The notes under the pieces were generated by a model, which worked only from the letters and a program-made list of their open reading frames with translations, did not search any database and was not told the DNA's origin. From an uncultured Gammaproteobacteria bacterium (GTDB lineage Bacteria; Pseudomonadota; Gammaproteobacteria; UBA9214), in contig CAWHCQ010000016.1 of NCBI GenBank assembly GCA_963827755.1, positions 1-64,000 of the forward strand: a stretch of DNA of 64,000 nucleotides, written 5' to 3'. Positions 59,549 to 64,000 of this stretch are shown here, piece after piece. Within the stretch, counting starts at the first letter, position 1; each line of letters begins with the position of its first letter. Made by a program: the position numbers and the translations under genes.

Positions 59549-60015
59549 GAGTCGGACACGGTTTCGATGCACATGCGTTCAAGGATGGCGGGACTCTGGT
59601 GCTTGGAGGAGTCAATATCCCGCATACCCGCAGTCTCGAGGCGCACTCGGACGGAGATGTCGTGCTGCATGCCCTCTGCGATGCACTGCTGGGTGCAGCA
59701 GGTCTCGGTGATATCGGCATGCACTTCCCGCCGGGGGATGCAGAGTTTAAAAATATCGACAGCCGGATATTGCTGCGCCGGGTTATCGGACAGGTCGCGG
59801 AACAGGGTTACAGCCTGGCCAATGCCGATCTCACCATCGTCGCCCAGGCCCCGAAACTGGCCCGATTCGTCGATACCATGTGCATCAATATCAGTACCGA
59901 CTGCGCGGTGAAGGTCGACCAGGTCAACGTCAAGGCGACCACTACCGAGCACCTGGGTTTTACCGGCAGGGGTGAGGGCATTGCCGCCTTTGCCGTGGTC
60001 CTGCTGCGAGGCTAA
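59545..60015 (+). CDS. ispF: 2-C-methyl-D-erythritol 2,4-cyclodiphosphate synthase
   Basis: [40 protein letters not shown]. Confidence 0.98.
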   Translation: MRVGHGFDAHAFKDGGTLVLGGVNIPHTRSLEAHSDGDVVLHALCDALLGAAGLGDIGMHFPPGDAEFKNIDSRILLRRVIGQVAEQGYSLANADLTIVAQAPKLARFVDTMCINISTDCAVKVDQVNVKATTTEHLGFTGRGEGIAAFAVVLLRG

Positions 60016-60036
60016 GGACCACGGGCAGGAGTCCTT

Positions 60037-61080
60037 GTGCTGCAGCAAGCCATCCATGCGCTGGCCTTCGCATCAGGCCAACCGACGGTCTCCGCCTGCC
60101 TGCGCAAGACACCCGAAGATTTCCGTGTCAATGAAATCCCGCTGCTTGAGCCGGACGGAACGGGTGAACATGCCTGGGTCCTGATCCGCAAGCGCCTGGA
60201 AAATACGGCCGGGGTGGCCGGGCTGCTGGCGAAGTTTTCCGGGGCGGCGCTGCGTGATGTCAGCTACGCGGGTATGAAAGACCGCCAGGCCGTTACCGAG
60301 CAATGGTTCTCCGTGCAGCTGCCGGGACGTGCCGACCCCGACTGGACGGCACTGAACTGCGAGACGATCACGGTTCTCAGGCATGTGCGCCATTCACGCA
60401 AGCTGCGCCGTGGTGCACTGAAAGGCAATGCCTTCCGGCTGGTGCTGCGCGACATCGACGGCGAGGCGAATCAACTGGACCGGCGGCTTGAGCATATTGC
60501 AAGGCAGGGTGTGCCGAATTATTTCGGCGAGCAGCGTTTCGGGCGCAATGGCGCCAACCTGCACACCGCCCTGCAGTTATTCGGGAACCCGCGGCGGCGG
60601 ATCTCCCGGACCCGGCGTGGCCTGGCGTTCTCGGCAGCGCGCTCGCTGTTGTTTAACCAGGTGCTGTCGCGGCGGGTCGCGGCGGGGAACTGGAACCAGG
60701 TGATCGCCGGCGACGCCCTGCAACTGCAGGGCAGTCACAGCTATTTCATTGCTGAAAACATCGACGCGGAACTGCTTGCACGCAGCGAACGCCAGGACGT
60801 GCATCCAACCGGGCCGCTGCACGGCCGTGGGGCAAACGCTGTGCGGCTGGATTGCCTGCAGCTGGAAAATGAAGTCCTCGCAGACTACCCGGACTGGCTG
60901 GCGGGTCTTGAAGCCGCCGGGTTGAAGCAGGACAGACGCGCACTGCGCGTGCCTGTCGAGGGGCTTGAATGGCAATGGACAGGAACGGATAAACTGGAAC
61001 TGGTTTTCTCGCTGCCCGCCGGCAGTTATGCAACCAGCGTACTGCGTGAGCTTGTTGTCAATACCGGGCAGGTACGCTGA
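60037..61080 (+). CDS. truD: tRNA pseudouridine(13) synthase
   Basis: PEDFRVNE, YAGMKDRQAVTEQW, GNAF, PNYFGEQRFG, LPAGSYAT. Confidence 0.97.
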   Translation: MLQQAIHALAFASGQPTVSACLRKTPEDFRVNEIPLLEPDGTGEHAWVLIRKRLENTAGVAGLLAKFSGAALRDVSYAGMKDRQAVTEQWFSVQLPGRADPDWTALNCETITVLRHVRHSRKLRRGALKGNAFRLVLRDIDGEANQLDRRLEHIARQGVPNYFGEQRFGRNGANLHTALQLFGNPRRRISRTRRGLAFSAARSLLFNQVLSRRVAAGNWNQVIAGDALQLQGSHSYFIAENIDAELLARSERQDVHPTGPLHGRGANAVRLDCLQLENEVLADYPDWLAGLEAAGLKQDRRALRVPVEGLEWQWTGTDKLELVFSLPAGSYATSVLRELVVNTGQVR

Positions 61081-61100
61081 GTCTGTCTCACCTGTACGTT

Positions 61101-61643
61101 TCAGTGTGCGCGCAACAGGACATATACCGCACCCGTGCCGCCATCCCGGGGCGGGGTGGAACTGAAGGCCAGTACGTCCTGGTGCTGGCGCAACCATGAA
61201 TTCAGCCGGTTTTTCAGGATCGGGGCATCACCGCCCGAACTATAGCCTTTGCCATGGATAATACGGATGCAGCGGATATGCCGGTCGCGACACCGGGTTA
61301 TGAAATTGGCGATGGCATTACGCGCAACTGCCGTGGTCATGCCGTGCATGTCGAGTTCGGCCCCGATGGGTAACTGGCCGCGCCTGAGCCGCTGCAGCTG
61401 GCGTTGTTGCACACCGCTGCGGGCAAAGAACAGGGTATCACTCGCAGTGACCGTGCCTGCATCGAAACCGTCCGAGAAACCCGCCTCGATGGCAGTGTCT
61501 GCAAAGTCCGGCTGGTTACGCGGCCGACTCGAGAGCCGCTTTCGAAAGGGTGGTATTTTGTCGCTGCCAAGCGGCCGGATAACGGCGGCACTGCGTCGAA
61601 ACAGCTCGATATCCTCCTGCGAAGGTTTCTTCCGGTCGGCCAT
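61101..61643 (-). CDS. Smr/MutS2-domain endonuclease-family protein
   Basis: LRRGQLP...LDMHG, IIHGKG, ILK...WL, GGTGAVYVLL. Confidence 0.92.
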   Translation of the reverse strand: MADRKKPSQEDIELFRRSAAVIRPLGSDKIPPFRKRLSSRPRNQPDFADTAIEAGFSDGFDAGTVTASDTLFFARSGVQQRQLQRLRRGQLPIGAELDMHGMTTAVARNAIANFITRCRDRHIRCIRIIHGKGYSSGGDAPILKNRLNSWLRQHQDVLAFSSTPPRDGGTGAVYVLLRAH

Positions 61644-61743
61644 GAGAGTCAGCTGTTGATTATCCAGGTTTCAGTTTAGGAATCATTCAGGGCATCCCTT
61701 ATACTACATGGCCTGATCGAGGTTAATACACCTTTTACAATTG

Positions 61744-62490
61744 ATGAATATTCTGCTCAGTAACGATGATGGCTACCAGGCCAGTGGCTTGCAGGCGCTG
61801 GCTACCGCGATGGCCGATATGGCCACCATTCACGTGGTGGCACCGGAGCGCGACCGCAGTGGCGCCAGTAACTCACTGACCCTGGATAACCCGTTACGGG
61901 CACATGTGGGAAGTAACGGTTTTACCTTTGTCGATGGCACGCCCACGGATTGTGTCCACCTGGCCATTACCGGTCTGCTTGAAAAGGAGCCGGATATGGT
62001 CGTGGCCGGTATCAATGCCGGTGCCAATATGGGTGATGATGTGTTGTATTCGGGCACGGTTGCCGCCGCCATGGAAGGGCGTTTCCTGGGCTTTCCGGCG
62101 ATTGCCGTTTCCCTCGCCTACAGTGGCAGGCCGACGCATTATGTGTCCGCTGCCCGGGTTGCAGTAGACCTGGTCAAGCGGGTCATGGCCGGTGCATTGC
62201 CGGCAGATACCATTTTGAACGTCAATGTACCGGACCTGCCGTGGGAACAGATAAAGGGTATCCAGGCAACGCGACTCGGTCACCGTCACAAGTCGGAACC
62301 GGTCATAAAGGAAGAGGACCCGCGCGGACGCACCGTCTACTGGGTCGGGCCGGCGGGTCTGGAAGAGGATGCCGGGCCGGGTACGGACTTTCATGCAGTA
62401 CGTGCCGGCTTTGTTTCGGTGACCCCGCTGGATGTCGACCTGACGCGTTATGATGCGCTTGATGGCCTTGCCGGCTGGCTGGTCGAGTAG
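61744..62490 (+). CDS. surE: 5'/3'-nucleotidase SurE
   Basis: [43 protein letters not shown]. Confidence 0.97.
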   Translation: MNILLSNDDGYQASGLQALATAMADMATIHVVAPERDRSGASNSLTLDNPLRAHVGSNGFTFVDGTPTDCVHLAITGLLEKEPDMVVAGINAGANMGDDVLYSGTVAAAMEGRFLGFPAIAVSLAYSGRPTHYVSAARVAVDLVKRVMAGALPADTILNVNVPDLPWEQIKGIQATRLGHRHKSEPVIKEEDPRGRTVYWVGPAGLEEDAGPGTDFHAVRAGFVSVTPLDVDLTRYDALDGLAGWLVE

Positions 62491-62504
62491 CCTGGAAGCC
62501 TGAC

Positions 62505-63164
62505 ATGAATACACACAACCGTGGCATCGGCATGACTTCTCAGCGCACGCGTGACCGCCTGGTGCAGCGTCTGCGCGATGAAGGCATTCAAAACGAGGCG
62601 GTGCTTGATGTTATTCGCAACATGCCCCGTCATCTGTTCGTCGACGAAGCGCTGGCCAGTCGTGCCTATGAAGATACTGCCTTGCCGATTGGTTATAACC
62701 AGACGATTTCACAACCCTACATTGTCGCGGTAATGACAGACCTGATTATCGGTAATCATCCGAAAAAAGTGCTGGAGATCGGTACCGGCTCCGGTTACCA
62801 GGCGGCTGTGCTGGCGCCACTGGTCGAGAAAATCTATACCGTTGAGCGGATCGCGCCGCTGGCGAAACAGGCGCGTCAGCGGTTTCGCCAGCTGGGAATC
62901 AGGAATGTGCGCGCCAGCTACTCGGACGGCACGGAAGGCCTGCCGGAATTCGCACCCTATGATGCCATTATCACCACTGCGGCTTCAAAACAGATTCCGC
63001 CAGCCTTGCTGGAGCAGTTGTCGGAACAGGGCGGGCGACTGATCATTCCGCTGGGCGGGTCGGGGATGCAGACATTGACGCTGGTGACACGCAGGGGAGA
63101 CAACTATGAACAGGAAGATCTCGATCCGGTTGTCTTCGTTCCCCTGCTGAGCGGCCAGGCCTGA
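62505..63164 (+). CDS. pcm: Protein-L-isoaspartate O-methyltransferase
   Basis: [30 protein letters not shown]. Confidence 0.97.
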   Translation: MNTHNRGIGMTSQRTRDRLVQRLRDEGIQNEAVLDVIRNMPRHLFVDEALASRAYEDTALPIGYNQTISQPYIVAVMTDLIIGNHPKKVLEIGTGSGYQAAVLAPLVEKIYTVERIAPLAKQARQRFRQLGIRNVRASYSDGTEGLPEFAPYDAIITTAASKQIPPALLEQLSEQGGRLIIPLGGSGMQTLTLVTRRGDNYEQEDLDPVVFVPLLSGQA

Positions 63165-63169
63165 TCAGG

Positions 63170-63742
63170 ATGTTCACCCGTCTGTATGACAAGTGCATGG
63201 CATGGGCGCGTCACCGCCATGCGCTCTGGTACCTGTCCGCCCTGAGTTTCGCCGAATCCTCTTTTTTCCCGGTCCCCCCGGATGTCATGCTGGCACCCAT
63301 GAGCATGGCAAGGCCGGACCGCGCCATGCGTTACGCGGCCCTGACGACGCTTGCATCTGTCATCGGCGGGCTATTTGGTTATTTTATCGGCGTGTTTGCC
63401 TTTGAAGCGATCGAGCCCTGGTTGCGAACGACCGCTTACTGGGAAAAATATTTACTTGCCAGCAGCTGGTTCGAGGCATGGGGTTTCTGGGCGATACTGG
63501 TTGCCGGCTTCTCGCCGATCCCCTACAAGGTCTTCACCATCGCGGCCGGCTCGCTGCTGATGAATCTTCCCCTGTTTGTTCTCGGCTCTATCGCAGGTCG
63601 GGGCGGGCGTTTTTTCCTGGTGGCCGGTTTGCTTGCATGGGGCGGACCGGCCATGGAGAAAAACCTCCGCCGCTACGTTGAACGTATCGGCTGGCTTGTG
63701 GTAATTTTTGCCGTATTGGCCTTTCTGTATTTTCGCCATTGA
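63170..63742 (+). CDS. yqaA: YqaA/DedA-family membrane protein
   Basis: SFAESSFFPVPPDVML, GFSPIPYKVFTI, GR..RF. Confidence 0.88.
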   Translation: MFTRLYDKCMAWARHRHALWYLSALSFAESSFFPVPPDVMLAPMSMARPDRAMRYAALTTLASVIGGLFGYFIGVFAFEAIEPWLRTTAYWEKYLLASSWFEAWGFWAILVAGFSPIPYKVFTIAAGSLLMNLPLFVLGSIAGRGGRFFLVAGLLAWGGPAMEKNLRRYVERIGWLVVIFAVLAFLYFRH

Positions 63743-64000
63743 TGTCAAGCAGCAAACTATTTCTCACGGCCTGTATACTGTCCCTGCTGGTGGCGGCATG
63801 CAGCAGCCATTCGATTCGCGCCCCGGTTTCCTCGCGCAGTCATGATGAACCGGCGCGCCCGACTGCAGCTGCAACAACCAGCCCGCTACGCAACGTACGC
63901 AAATATCTCGCGGGCACAGACGGCATTTATGTGGTGAAGCCCGGCGACACGCTTTCCTCGATTGCCCGGCGACATGGCACGGGATACAAGCAGCTTGCAA
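63742..64000 (+). CDS. nlpD: LysM lipoprotein, NlpD-like (runs off the window end)
   Basis: Manual translation from ATG 63742: MSSSKLFLTACILSLLVAAC (lipobox)...YVVKPGDTLSSIARRHG (LysM); surE-pcm-yqaA-nlpD order. Confidence 0.85.
   Translation, partial: MSSSKLFLTACILSLLVAACSSHSIRAPVSSRSHDEPARPTAAATTSPLRNVRKYLAGTDGIYVVKPGDTLSSIARRHGTGYKQLA

Overview
64 kb of GC-rich gammaproteobacterial chromosome. A Chromatiales-like sulfur oxidiser is suggested by the DsrC/TusE-family gene and the gene order, but this is inference only. Most of the window is conserved housekeeping backbone: mrcB-lpoP-yoaA-tsaB; dapC-dapD-yffB-dapE; glnD-map; rpsB-tsf-pyrH-frr-uppS-cdsA-dxr-rseP-bamA-skp-lpxD-fabZ-lpxA-lpxB-rnhB; dnaE; accA-tilS-pyrG-kdsA-eno-ftsB-ispD-ispF-truD; and surE-pcm-yqaA-nlpD. 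Five accessory modules interrupt it. (1) An NsrR-like Rrf2 regulator, a cysteine-free DsrC/TusE-like protein with an extra N-terminal domain, and an HPP membrane protein with an unusual C-terminal domain. (2) A TatT-containing TRAP (TPAT) transporter with a GDSL esterase lipoprotein, appended to the dap genes. (3) An orphan PhnD-like binding protein paired with a membrane PAS-GGDEF-EAL protein. (4) A membrane diguanylate cyclase between rnhB and dnaE. (5) A DmeF-like metal efflux gene plus an sps-spp-fructokinase-amylosucrase sucrose cluster between dnaE and accA. Nine genes, several of them essential, carry 13 apparent single-base insertions; all are +1, which points to long-read consensus error rather than pseudogenisation. 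Non-coding elements seen are the rpsB promoter and leader, a terminator after tsf, a GTAG-type REP doublet and boxC-like repeats. No rRNA, tRNA, CRISPR array, integrase or transposase was recognised.
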